Translations under genes and position numbers: made by a program
Shown: positions 1-8,048 of the stretch, one piece after another
How the letters are laid out: every line of letters begins with the position of its first letter
How positions within the stretch are numbered: position 1 is the stretch's first letter
From: an uncultured virus (IMG/VR IMGVR_UViG_3300008267_000055)
Lineage: Duplodnaviria > Heunggongvirae > Uroviricota > Caudoviricetes
Reading direction: 5' to 3' (one strand)
DNA: 20,000 nt
Virus record (IMG/VR): IMGVR_UViG_3300008267_000055
The notes under the pieces: generated by a model
Told to the model about the DNA's origin: nothing
Databases searched by the model: none
The model's input: the letters and a program-made list of their open reading frames with translations, nothing else

Positions 1-517
1 CTGCGTCCACTGCAGCCATAACTGCATTAACAGTCGAGCGGCTATGTCCGCGAGCGAACATAGAAGCTGCGATATCCATCCACGTATCCGGATTTTTAGG
101 AACAGGGCTAATAGCGATAGACATGACCTGCGCTTTAGTAACTCGCTTGCCTTTTCTGCCGCCGGGGAGGACACGCCCCTCGATGGAAAATCCCAGTGTG
201 CGACGGCCACCAGCTTCGGCCATTGCCTTCTGGGTGTCGTAAACGAGTTTTCCGAAGGGGCGATTCAGATAGAGCTGTCCGCTAACGCGGGTCGCAAGCT
301 TGCCGCTAGAGAGTCGAACCTGCTCGACCTTCTCAGGGTAGCCGGCGAGGCGCGCGATATCGACCGGGTGTTCGTACGTAAAAATGCCCTTGGTGAGACA
401 GAACGACCAGTCCAAGCCGGTCTGGTCGATCTCGGTAATCGGAGCCGACACCGTGATGTCGGCTGGAAGCCAAGCCAAGAAATCGCCTGAAGACTGAAGT
501 GCAACGTACGAAGACAT
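1..517 (-). CDS. Prohead (capsid maturation) serine protease, HK97/S78-like; 3' end lies outside the window
   Basis: Translated by hand from ATG at 517: MSSYVALQSSGDFLAWLPADITVSAPITEIDQTGLDWSFCLTKGIFTYEHPVDIARLAGYPEKV...LGFSIEGRV...SIAISPVPKNPDTW. The QxGLD, xEH (catalytic His), GYP, GFSIEG (catalytic Ser) and PxNPxT motifs are present, and the gene lies just downstream of the portal. Confidence 0.88.
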   Translation of the reverse strand, partial: MSSYVALQSSGDFLAWLPADITVSAPITEIDQTGLDWSFCLTKGIFTYEHPVDIARLAGYPEKVEQVRLSSGKLATRVSGQLYLNRPFGKLVYDTQKAMAEAGGRRTLGFSIEGRVLPGGRKGKRVTKAQVMSIAISPVPKNPDTWMDIAASMFARGHSRSTVNAVMAAVDA

Positions 518-562
518 GCGTGAACTCTAGAATCCTCGGAAAACTGAGGCTATAAAATGCGT

Positions 563-2053
563 TCACGCAGGCTTTGTCAATGGTGGAAGTCTGCGACCAT
601 CGACAAAAGCCCCGACAGTATCAATGTCGAACTGCGGTGGAGCAACGTCGTTCTCCAAAATCTTCTGTGCAGCCTGTGAGAAGAACGCATTGAGCGGGAG
701 ATCTGCAATCGGGGTTGCAAGAGGTTCGAGACCACGCTCAACACGAAGCTCGTTCGGCGTTCGGTAGGTCGTAACCGCCGCCATGTCCATGTCATGCTTT
801 TCGCGCTCGTTGCTGGCGTCAAAGCCAGCGAACTCGAACTTGAGCTGAGGCCACGTCGGCTTGATGACGTAGTAGTCAATCCACGATTGGACAGCGCGCA
901 ACAGCGGACGAAGACCTCGCTCCTTGGACTGAAGGATTTTATCCATCGGGGAGGCGCTGATGAAATTCGACTTCGAACCTTCAGCACCGAAGACGTAGCC
1001 CATCTCCGATGGGTCGATCGCGTAAAGCGAGCAGGCGACCTTCAGGAGCCAGTTAATCCACTCAGCGAACTCCATCTCAGCGTTCGACTTACCGAGCGTG
1101 ACGGCCTCAAGCTCTTCCTGCAGCTGGTTGGACAGCTGAATAATCGGAATACGCTTGAAGTTACGACCACCCGCCATCGAGGTCTGAATCTCGCGCCGGA
1201 ACTCGTTAAACCGGTTCTGGTCCCAAGCAGACTTCAGGACGAGGGCCGTGTGGGCGTGAATACCGGTCGTGAAGTTGACTTGGTTGAAGGTCTGAGCGTT
1301 AACGAGACCAGTAATAATCGACGCTAGCTGCTCAAGCTCGGGATGCCCGTAGCCGGAGAACTTGATGTCAGACCGTGGGCGGCGGATACCCCAAGCCATG
1401 TTGCCTGGCTCGTAGTAGTTCACGATCTCTCCCGAGGTCATGACCTGAACGAAGCCCTCGCTAAAATCCCAACGACCGTACCGAGGAGCTGGCTCCCCGC
1501 CGTAAATCTCCTGAGTCGGGATAGCTCGGCGAATAGTTTTTGGATCGACTGGGATAAAGGCGTACGGCGTACCGTCCTTTTCCCGGATGATCTCAAAATT
1601 CACCTGGTCGTAGGTGAGCGTGTCCGGAATAATCACGCGAAGGAACTGCTCGAACCCGCCAGGGAGCCACTCCGCACCCGCTCGGCTGATGACCTCCGCC
1701 GCCTTTTCGATGGCGACGCGATCTTTTCGAAGCGGTAGAGACTGGCGCTTATCCATCCGGATTCGCCAGCCGATGTCGACCGGGTTCTCTTGGGGTCGCG
1801 CCCAGTCCGTGGCTTGGTTTGTTCGCGTCTGATGGATGCCTGCGATCTGCGGGACGCTCGCCATCTGCGACAGCATGTCGTAGGTGATGCTGAGTGTTCC
1901 GTAGTGGTAGTCCCCCGTAGACCCGGTACGGGCCATCAGGTGCGCGTCGTTGATAAAATCAGCGTTGGCGGATCGCGGGGGAGAAACCGCAACCCACCTA
2001 CGCCCGACCTTTTTCACCTCGGTGGAGGTGGGCTTGGTGGGTTGCTCTTTCAC
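563..2053 (-). CDS. Phage portal protein
   Basis: 496 aa with portal motifs typical of Herelleviridae-like portals: FLRVIIPDTLTYDQVNFEI, FIPVDPKTIR, GYGHPELE, EMEFAEWINWL..ACSLYAIDPSEMG, SKERGLRPLL, TPNELRVERGLEPL. Confidence 0.92.
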   Translation of the reverse strand: MKEQPTKPTSTEVKKVGRRWVAVSPPRSANADFINDAHLMARTGSTGDYHYGTLSITYDMLSQMASVPQIAGIHQTRTNQATDWARPQENPVDIGWRIRMDKRQSLPLRKDRVAIEKAAEVISRAGAEWLPGGFEQFLRVIIPDTLTYDQVNFEIIREKDGTPYAFIPVDPKTIRRAIPTQEIYGGEPAPRYGRWDFSEGFVQVMTSGEIVNYYEPGNMAWGIRRPRSDIKFSGYGHPELEQLASIITGLVNAQTFNQVNFTTGIHAHTALVLKSAWDQNRFNEFRREIQTSMAGGRNFKRIPIIQLSNQLQEELEAVTLGKSNAEMEFAEWINWLLKVACSLYAIDPSEMGYVFGAEGSKSNFISASPMDKILQSKERGLRPLLRAVQSWIDYYVIKPTWPQLKFEFAGFDASNEREKHDMDMAAVTTYRTPNELRVERGLEPLATPIADLPLNAFFSQAAQKILENDVAPPQFDIDTVGAFVDGRRLPPLTKPA

Positions 2054-4563
2054 TTGGAAAGCTCCTTCTGGAGGGCCTTGGAAAATCCAGCGCCGAGGTT
2101 CTTGGTCGCAGCGTGAACGGCTACCGCAACTTCAGCAGGAACGTCGTCCGAGGCCACCGCGTACAGCAGCTGTTCGGATTTCGAGTAGCTCATGTAGTGG
2201 CAGTAGGTCACAGCCTTCTGAAGGTTGGCCTTCAGCCTATCCTGCTGCCACGTCTCAAACGGCGAAACCATGGACTTGGCGGACTCAGAGGTACCGCGCA
2301 ACGCGATCTTGATCTTGCGAGCCTTAGCCTTGACGCGATCGATATCCGCAGTCGGAGCTCCTTCCTTCTTCATCTGCTGAATCTTCAGAAGATAATTGCG
2401 GAGCATCTTCTTGCTGGGCTTAGCTTCCTTGGGTGAGTTGGCAGGTCCGTCGCCCTTCTTGTCTGGCGCGTTCTTGTCGTCAGGCTTGCCCTTACCTTGA
2501 CCCATCTCATGCCAGCGCCCGCCGCGCTTCTCAACAATCGTACCGTCGGCGTAACGCGAGACAGTTCCTTCGGGAGCAGACTGAGGTCCACGAGTAACCC
2601 CAGCCTTAGATACACCCGCATGGAGTGCGTTAACCATGCCCTCGAAGTTATTTATAAGAGCCGCGCCCAGGGCCTCGACCACCGACATCGGCGGAAGCCC
2701 CCCTCGCACGCTCGCTAGCACCCCTTCGGCCAACACTTGCTGAACGCGGGGCTCGGACAAAAGCGTTCGGGGACTTGGAGACGTTTCCTGGATTTTTGAA
2801 GGCTCGGGGGAGGGGGAAACAGTCTTCGAGCTCTCCTCCGCAATCGTCGTCGTCGAGGTCGACTTTTCGATCGGGCTCGGGGAAGGGGTAGGAGAGGGCT
2901 CGTTCGAGGAGATCTTTTCCTCGCTGAGAGAGGTTACGCATTCTGGCTCCTTGACCGTGCTAGCGATCTGCTGAGTGATGCCTTTGATAATTTCCGGGGT
3001 GATGTCCTTCAGGTACTTGGAAGCCAAGTAGCTGCCGAGGGCCTCGGGGACCTCAATCGACTTGGAAGTCTTTTCGCGAGACTCCATCTGCTTCACGAGC
3101 TTGGCGGACCAAGACTTACCGGCGTTTCCACCCCAAAGCTGCCAAGCCACCCAAGCCGGGGAGGTCTTGTCGCCGAGTGTCCGCGAGCTGCTGCCGACCG
3201 AGTGGCGAGCAAACCACGCGTTCATCTTACGGGCCTTCTCGGGCGAGATTTTCTGACCAGCCGCAAGCTTGCTGGCCCAAGAAACGGTGGCTGCCACAAG
3301 GCCCTTACCGCCGTGGCCCTCCTCCTTGAGCTTCAGCCCAGCGCGGCACGCAGCGCGAACCCCAGCAGGAGGAGTAAAGTTTATACCGTCGTACGACTTC
3401 ATGATGTCTTGGTCGCCGTCTGTGATGTCCTTCTCGACATCATCGCCAGCGTCCTCGTCAGACCCAACGTCGCTATCACCATCGAGCGCGGCGAGCTCAG
3501 CATCAACGTCCATGTCTTCCCCTCGATTTTCGATGTAAGGCTCACGCTTCTTAAACGTATCTGGCCAGTATCTGTGACCGCCAGCCTCGTCTACCGCTGC
3601 GACGGACATGGCTACGGGCAGGTAGACCATTCCGTCCGGGGCTGCGCGGTGGCCGTAATTACGGGCCACAGCGTCCGAGACGTTCATGATGACTTGGTTC
3701 ACGGACGACATTCCCTGATGGAAGTCGACGTCGTCCATTTTCACGGGAGCGCTTTTAGACATGGCGTCAGCAGCCATCCGCATGTTCGCGTGAGCGCGGA
3801 TAACTCCGAAATTCACGTCCTGAAGTCCAACCGTAGCGAAGGCCTCGGTTGGCTCGGCGAAAGAGCCGCCGTTGGCAGCGTAATCCGCGAGGGCTGGGTC
3901 GTAAACGTTGGCGATGAAAGCTCCCTGTGAGGGGTGCTCCACCATGAAGTGAAAGCGGTTCGGGTGCATCGAGTCGCGCGTGTCGGCCTTCTCGATAAAG
4001 AAGTCGAGCGAGTGCGACTTCTTAACCTCTCCGCGATAGACCCGCATCTTGTCGGGCGTCAGGGACGTAAAGACGTTAGGGCGGTGACCCGTGACCATCG
4101 ACGCGTAAGCCGTAGCGGCGCCTGCGTCCTGCTTGTTCATGAGGCCTTCAAGAGTATCCATGGCCTTCATGATCTTGTCGTGATACTTACCACACTCCTT
4201 GTGAAGCGCGTATGCGCGCTGCGTGTGGAATGCGCGCGTGTAGGACTTCATCGTCTTCCCAGCGCTATTCTTCCACTTCAAGACTGGCTTGGTGTCGATG
4301 TCACCCTCAACGTCGATCTCGACGTGCTCAGGTGCGATCGACTCGTCTGGAACGTGGCCGTCAAGGTCGTACTGACCTTTCATTCGAGCCCAATGACTTG
4401 GCTTAGCGCCAAGGTCATCTGAGTTGCCGTCGCTGGTGGTTCGAAACTTCGACCGACCAGTGCTATCCCCGTCTTGAAGCTGTTTCCACCCAGAATCGAG
4501 CTTCTTCCAGACGGAGTTATCTGCGCGCTGGGACTCGGTTCCGATCGGTGCTCTCTTAGCCAT
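2050..4563 (-). CDS. Large multidomain, probably head-associated protein: APxGT repeat, Topo IB-like domain, acidic linker, AWxLWGG phage domain, S/P/T linker, second APxGT repeat
   Basis: 837-aa ORF whose stop overlaps the portal start. Domain motifs were read by eye (see findings). Confidence 0.8.
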   Translation of the reverse strand: MAKRAPIGTESQRADNSVWKKLDSGWKQLQDGDSTGRSKFRTTSDGNSDDLGAKPSHWARMKGQYDLDGHVPDESIAPEHVEIDVEGDIDTKPVLKWKNSAGKTMKSYTRAFHTQRAYALHKECGKYHDKIMKAMDTLEGLMNKQDAGAATAYASMVTGHRPNVFTSLTPDKMRVYRGEVKKSHSLDFFIEKADTRDSMHPNRFHFMVEHPSQGAFIANVYDPALADYAANGGSFAEPTEAFATVGLQDVNFGVIRAHANMRMAADAMSKSAPVKMDDVDFHQGMSSVNQVIMNVSDAVARNYGHRAAPDGMVYLPVAMSVAAVDEAGGHRYWPDTFKKREPYIENRGEDMDVDAELAALDGDSDVGSDEDAGDDVEKDITDGDQDIMKSYDGINFTPPAGVRAACRAGLKLKEEGHGGKGLVAATVSWASKLAAGQKISPEKARKMNAWFARHSVGSSSRTLGDKTSPAWVAWQLWGGNAGKSWSAKLVKQMESREKTSKSIEVPEALGSYLASKYLKDITPEIIKGITQQIASTVKEPECVTSLSEEKISSNEPSPTPSPSPIEKSTSTTTIAEESSKTVSPSPEPSKIQETSPSPRTLLSEPRVQQVLAEGVLASVRGGLPPMSVVEALGAALINNFEGMVNALHAGVSKAGVTRGPQSAPEGTVSRYADGTIVEKRGGRWHEMGQGKGKPDDKNAPDKKGDGPANSPKEAKPSKKMLRNYLLKIQQMKKEGAPTADIDRVKAKARKIKIALRGTSESAKSMVSPFETWQQDRLKANLQKAVTYCHYMSYSKSEQLLYAVASDDVPAEVAVAVHAATKNLGAGFSKALQKELSK

Positions 4564-4614
4564 GTCGTCCTCGTTGGAAGTCGCGACTCAAAAAGCCAGC
4601 GGCCTTCGGATTGG

Positions 4615-5406
4615 TCAACCAGTTCGGTCTACCTTCTGAAAATCGAAAGCTGCCTTCAGAATGTTAGGCAGTCTAGATATTTTTAGGTCCTCTTCCAAGA
4701 GGACTTGCGACTCTCGCTCAACTACGACGAAAACATCTCCGCCAGACAGGGCTGTGATGGAGATGTAGAGCCTGCCGACGCCCCAAGTAGCGGTTACTGT
4801 CTCGCCCATGCAGGATATTTTCGGTTTTCGTATTTGAGGATGCTTGGATTTAAACGTTACGTGCGCGACTGAGCCGTGGGTGCGCCAGAAAGACAGCGCC
4901 AAGTTTCTTCGGTGCAGGGCCGCTTTTGACTTGGTCGTGTTTCGGATGACGATAGCGTCTTCTATAGACATCGGGCCTGGGTCTGGATGCTGGTTCCCCC
5001 AGATCAGGTCCTCTATCGACTCTTTCTGGTACTCGACAGCAGGAGGAGTCTCGTCGCCGTACCACCTAGAGACTGCAAGCTGAAAAACGCGCATAGCCTC
5101 GGAGGCTACTTTCTCATCCGAGAAGTCCGAGGCGTGGCTTCGGCCCATTTCTTTTTGTAGCCACCGCTTAGGATTTTTATTCAGGGCTTGAAGACTAAGG
5201 TCAGAACACACTTCTGGTAGAGGTTCGTACTTATCTAGCTCGGTAGTATTATTTATCTGCTTGTAGCAGATGTTACAGAGACCCCTGGCTCGATAAAAAA
5301 GCTTCGGAGGAGTACCTCCGCAGTATCTGCACTTAGGGCAGACCTGTGGCCACGGCCTTCCGCCAACATATTCTCCGCTTTTACGTGGCTTGCTTCTCCG
5401 TGACAT
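4615..5406 (-). CDS. Hypothetical protein with N-terminal Zn-finger-like motif
   Basis: 263 aa; contains CPKCRYC...ARGLCNICY and has its own predicted promoter. Confidence 0.65.
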   Translation of the reverse strand: MSRRSKPRKSGEYVGGRPWPQVCPKCRYCGGTPPKLFYRARGLCNICYKQINNTTELDKYEPLPEVCSDLSLQALNKNPKRWLQKEMGRSHASDFSDEKVASEAMRVFQLAVSRWYGDETPPAVEYQKESIEDLIWGNQHPDPGPMSIEDAIVIRNTTKSKAALHRRNLALSFWRTHGSVAHVTFKSKHPQIRKPKISCMGETVTATWGVGRLYISITALSGGDVFVVVERESQVLLEEDLKISRLPNILKAAFDFQKVDRTG

Positions 5407-5412
5407 GGCGAC

Positions 5413-5441
5413 AAGCTATGCTAGTCAAGAGATTCTTGCAA
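5413..5441 (-). promoter_or_regulatory. Sigma70-type promoter, probably leaderless
   Basis: The minus strand reads TTGCAA-17 nt-TAGCTT-6 nt-ATG(5406), with no SD. Confidence 0.55.
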
Positions 5442-5491
5442 TAATCGGTTTTCTGAGAAGCTTTCAATTTTATTTCAGGCTGTCTTTCATC

Positions 5492-5519
5492 TTGCAGCTG
5501 GCGGTGGAAAAGATAAAAT
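5492..5519 (+). promoter_or_regulatory. Sigma70-type promoter for parB, probably leaderless
   Basis: TTGCAG-16 nt-TAAAAT-7 nt-ATG(5527), with no SD. Confidence 0.5.
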
Positions 5520-5526
5520 CCGGCGC

Positions 5527-6333
5527 ATGAAGCAACCAGACATGTTTCTGTGTCCGATCGACGATCTCATCCCCGATCCAACACAACCACGTCAGTTCTT
5601 CGACGAGGAAGAGCTGAAAGCCCTGACTGACAGCATTCGAGAGAAGGGCGTCCTCCTTCCTATTATTGTAAGGGAGCACCCTAGGAGCCCAGGTAAGCTT
5701 GAAATCGTTGCTGGAGAGCGCCGCTGGCGCGCTAGCAAGCGTGCAGCGCTAGATCACGTCCCAGTCATAAAGCGAGAGCTCTCAGACAAGGCTGCTTTCG
5801 AGATCGCGCTGATTGAAAATACCCAGCGGGCTAGCCTCAATCCTATTGAGGAGGCGCTCTCCTTCAAGCGGCTCTACGAAGAGCACAACATGCCGTACGT
5901 GGAGGTTGCCGAGGTCGTCGGTAAGTCTACGTCTTACGTTAGCAACACGCTTCGCTTGCTAAATCTTGAAGACGCCTACCAGCGCTTGGTTATTAATGGT
6001 GAGCTTAGCGCCAAGGGCGCTCGCGCGCTGCTAGCAGTTCCGAGCGGAACCTTGCGCGATGAGCTTGCGAACCTCATGCAGAAGGGTATGGGTCCTGCCG
6101 AAGCTGAGACCTGGGCTCGTGAGATGCAGCAACGGTCAACGGCTAGGGCAAGACCCTCTCGCCTGACTGGGCGAAAACCAAATCAACCACTTTTCGACCT
6201 CCTGCTCTCCAAGCTCAAAGAGAGGTATGGTACAGGGGTTGCCCTCGACACGAAAGCAAGGTCCGGATCTGTTTCTTTTGCTTTCAAGGATTTGCACGGT
6301 TTGTACTCTCTGTTTAAGGAGCTGACCAAGTGA
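5527..6333 (+). CDS. parB: ParB/Spo0J-family partition protein
   Basis: Contains QPRQFFDEEELKALTDSIREKGVLLPIIVR, the Arg patch VAGERRWRA, ALIENTQRASLNPIEEA and an HTH (VAEVVGKSTSYVSNTLRLL). Confidence 0.93.
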   Translation: MKQPDMFLCPIDDLIPDPTQPRQFFDEEELKALTDSIREKGVLLPIIVREHPRSPGKLEIVAGERRWRASKRAALDHVPVIKRELSDKAAFEIALIENTQRASLNPIEEALSFKRLYEEHNMPYVEVAEVVGKSTSYVSNTLRLLNLEDAYQRLVINGELSAKGARALLAVPSGTLRDELANLMQKGMGPAEAETWAREMQQRSTARARPSRLTGRKPNQPLFDLLLSKLKERYGTGVALDTKARSGSVSFAFKDLHGLYSLFKELTK

Positions 6334-6875
6334 TGCTGGACTACTACAACGGACTTATCGCGGAAGCTTACGAGATCGCAGCCCTGAAGGGCTGGCACGA
6401 TGGGGAAGACTTCCCAATGCTGAACCGGTCGATCATCTCGTCTAAGCTTGCGCTGATTCATAGCGAGCTGACCGAGGCTTTTTACGACTGGAGCAAGGCT
6501 GGTAAGAAAGTCACCGACGACGTGATGCTTGAGCTCTCCGACGTGGCGATTCGCACCTACGACCTTCTCGGGTCCATGCGGATTCGATTCGGAGAGAACG
6601 ACTTCGCCAGCAAGCCAGGTGTTACTTCGCCGCAGGATCCAAGCGATTTCGCGATGCAGCTCTTGGACCTGCACTCTTGCGTCAGCGAGGCTTTGGAAGA
6701 CCTTCGTCGCAAGGACACCGCTTTTCCAGGCGGAGTCTCGGTGAAGCTGCTTTATCTGCTGACTCTCCTCTACGGGACAGCCATCGCTCAGGGTTCGGAC
6801 CTGAGCGTCTTTGTCGCCCGGAAAATGGAGTACAACCGTCTTCGGACGCATCGTCACGGAGGGAAGCTTCTCTGA
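6333..6875 (+). CDS. MazG-like NTP pyrophosphohydrolase with an internally duplicated domain
   Basis: KLALIHSELTEA...ELSDVAIR, then a second copy LLDLHSCVSEALEDLRR, and C-terminal KMEYNRLRTHRHGGK. The start overlaps the parB stop (TGATG); GTG at 6330 is an alternative start. Confidence 0.8.
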   Translation: MLDYYNGLIAEAYEIAALKGWHDGEDFPMLNRSIISSKLALIHSELTEAFYDWSKAGKKVTDDVMLELSDVAIRTYDLLGSMRIRFGENDFASKPGVTSPQDPSDFAMQLLDLHSCVSEALEDLRRKDTAFPGGVSVKLLYLLTLLYGTAIAQGSDLSVFVARKMEYNRLRTHRHGGKLL

Positions 6876-7474
6876 TGAGTGCTGCAAGACTCAATAGGAG
6901 CAGGGACCTCGTTAAAGGCCTTCTGCCTGAGATCAGGCAGCACCTGAATGAGTGCCCAGAGACCTCCAAGCTCATACCGCTTGATAACTGGGCGGCCATG
7001 CTCGGTCTTACCAAAGGCAGCTTCTACTACACCCTGAAGACCGAAGACCCGGTCTTCTTCAGGCAGTACGTGGATGGTCTTGCCGGGTACTACACGCGTC
7101 TTCGCGAGCTTGTCATGGCTGCGAAGACAACCAGCGCGTCTGACCTCTCCAACATCATGGTGGCTTACGACGTCTCCTTCGACACCCTGCAGGCTATCGC
7201 TAGGCGAAATGGCAGGCACGCGCCTTCTCGCAAAACGATTATCGGAGAAAAAGTAGCTGCCGTGGCTAAGGTCGGGATGACGGTAAAAGACTTGGCTGCG
7301 GCAGCCGGGCTCCACGCCGGCTCGCTGAAGTCGGCTAAAAATCTCGGCCGCCTCGACGGCTTTGTTGAGTTCGAGCAGGTTCTTAGAGCGTATCCCGGCG
7401 GATCCGCCAACAGGGTTGCGGTCGTTTCTTGGGTTAAGGAGATAAAGCTTGGGCGCCGTAAAAATAAATCATGA
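6875..7474 (+). CDS. Hypothetical, possibly HTH DNA-binding protein (paralog A)
   Basis: ATG at 6875 is coupled to the upstream stop. Shares LDNWAAM and DxAxAAG blocks with the next gene. Confidence 0.7.
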   Translation: MSAARLNRSRDLVKGLLPEIRQHLNECPETSKLIPLDNWAAMLGLTKGSFYYTLKTEDPVFFRQYVDGLAGYYTRLRELVMAAKTTSASDLSNIMVAYDVSFDTLQAIARRNGRHAPSRKTIIGEKVAAVAKVGMTVKDLAAAAGLHAGSLKSAKNLGRLDGFVEFEQVLRAYPGGSANRVAVVSWVKEIKLGRRKNKS

Positions 7475-8048
7475 CGACGTTGCAGCGATGCTGCCCGAGA
7501 TGAAGGAGCACCTCGCCAGCCTGCAGCCCTACGAGCGCGCCATCAGCCTGGACAACTGGGCTGCCATGGTCGGTCGCACGTATAGCCAGCTGCGCGTGGC
7601 GATGAAGTACCTCGATAAGACTTTCTTGAAGGCCTACACCGACCACCGGCGTGAGTACTATCGCTCGATGGAAGCTGAGCTCAAGGCGCTACCTGACTTC
7701 ACGATCAAGTACACACAGTCCGTGATGGACAAGTACGGGATCACACGCAAGGACGTGCAGCGGGTGAGGCTGCGCCTCAACCTTAAATGCGCTGCTAAGT
7801 ACTCTCGTGGAGCCGAGCGCGTGCACCCATTCCTGCAGCCTGGCTTGTCCCTGATGGACGTAGCCGAGGCTGCGGGGATGTACCTTTATCAGGTTCAGGG
7901 CTTGCTCAACCGTGGGCATCTGGACAAATACGCAGAGTTCGGCCACGCCAAGCGCCTGTGTCGGAACGGACGCAACCAGCGCGTCGTTGTGGTCGCTCGC
8001 CTCAAAGGAACGGAGAAGTCTCATGATCGAAGCAAGAGTCGTCGCTGA
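7449..8048 (+). CDS. Hypothetical, possibly HTH DNA-binding protein (paralog B)
   Basis: TTG start with AAGGAG 7 nt upstream; paralog of 6875-7474. Confidence 0.7.
   Translation: MGAVKINHDDVAAMLPEMKEHLASLQPYERAISLDNWAAMVGRTYSQLRVAMKYLDKTFLKAYTDHRREYYRSMEAELKALPDFTIKYTQSVMDKYGITRKDVQRVRLRLNLKCAAKYSRGAERVHPFLQPGLSLMDVAEAAGMYLYQVQGLLNRGHLDKYAEFGHAKRLCRNGRNQRVVVVARLKGTEKSHDRSKSRR

Noticed and set aside
44..566. ORFs 44-490(+), 265-504(-) and 333-566(-)
   Set aside because: They are shadows of the protease frame starting at 517(-), which carries the recognisable motifs.
6677..8022. Longer starts at 6677 and 7912
   Set aside because: They overlap real upstream genes extensively. Coupled or SD-supported starts at 6875 and 8023 fit better.
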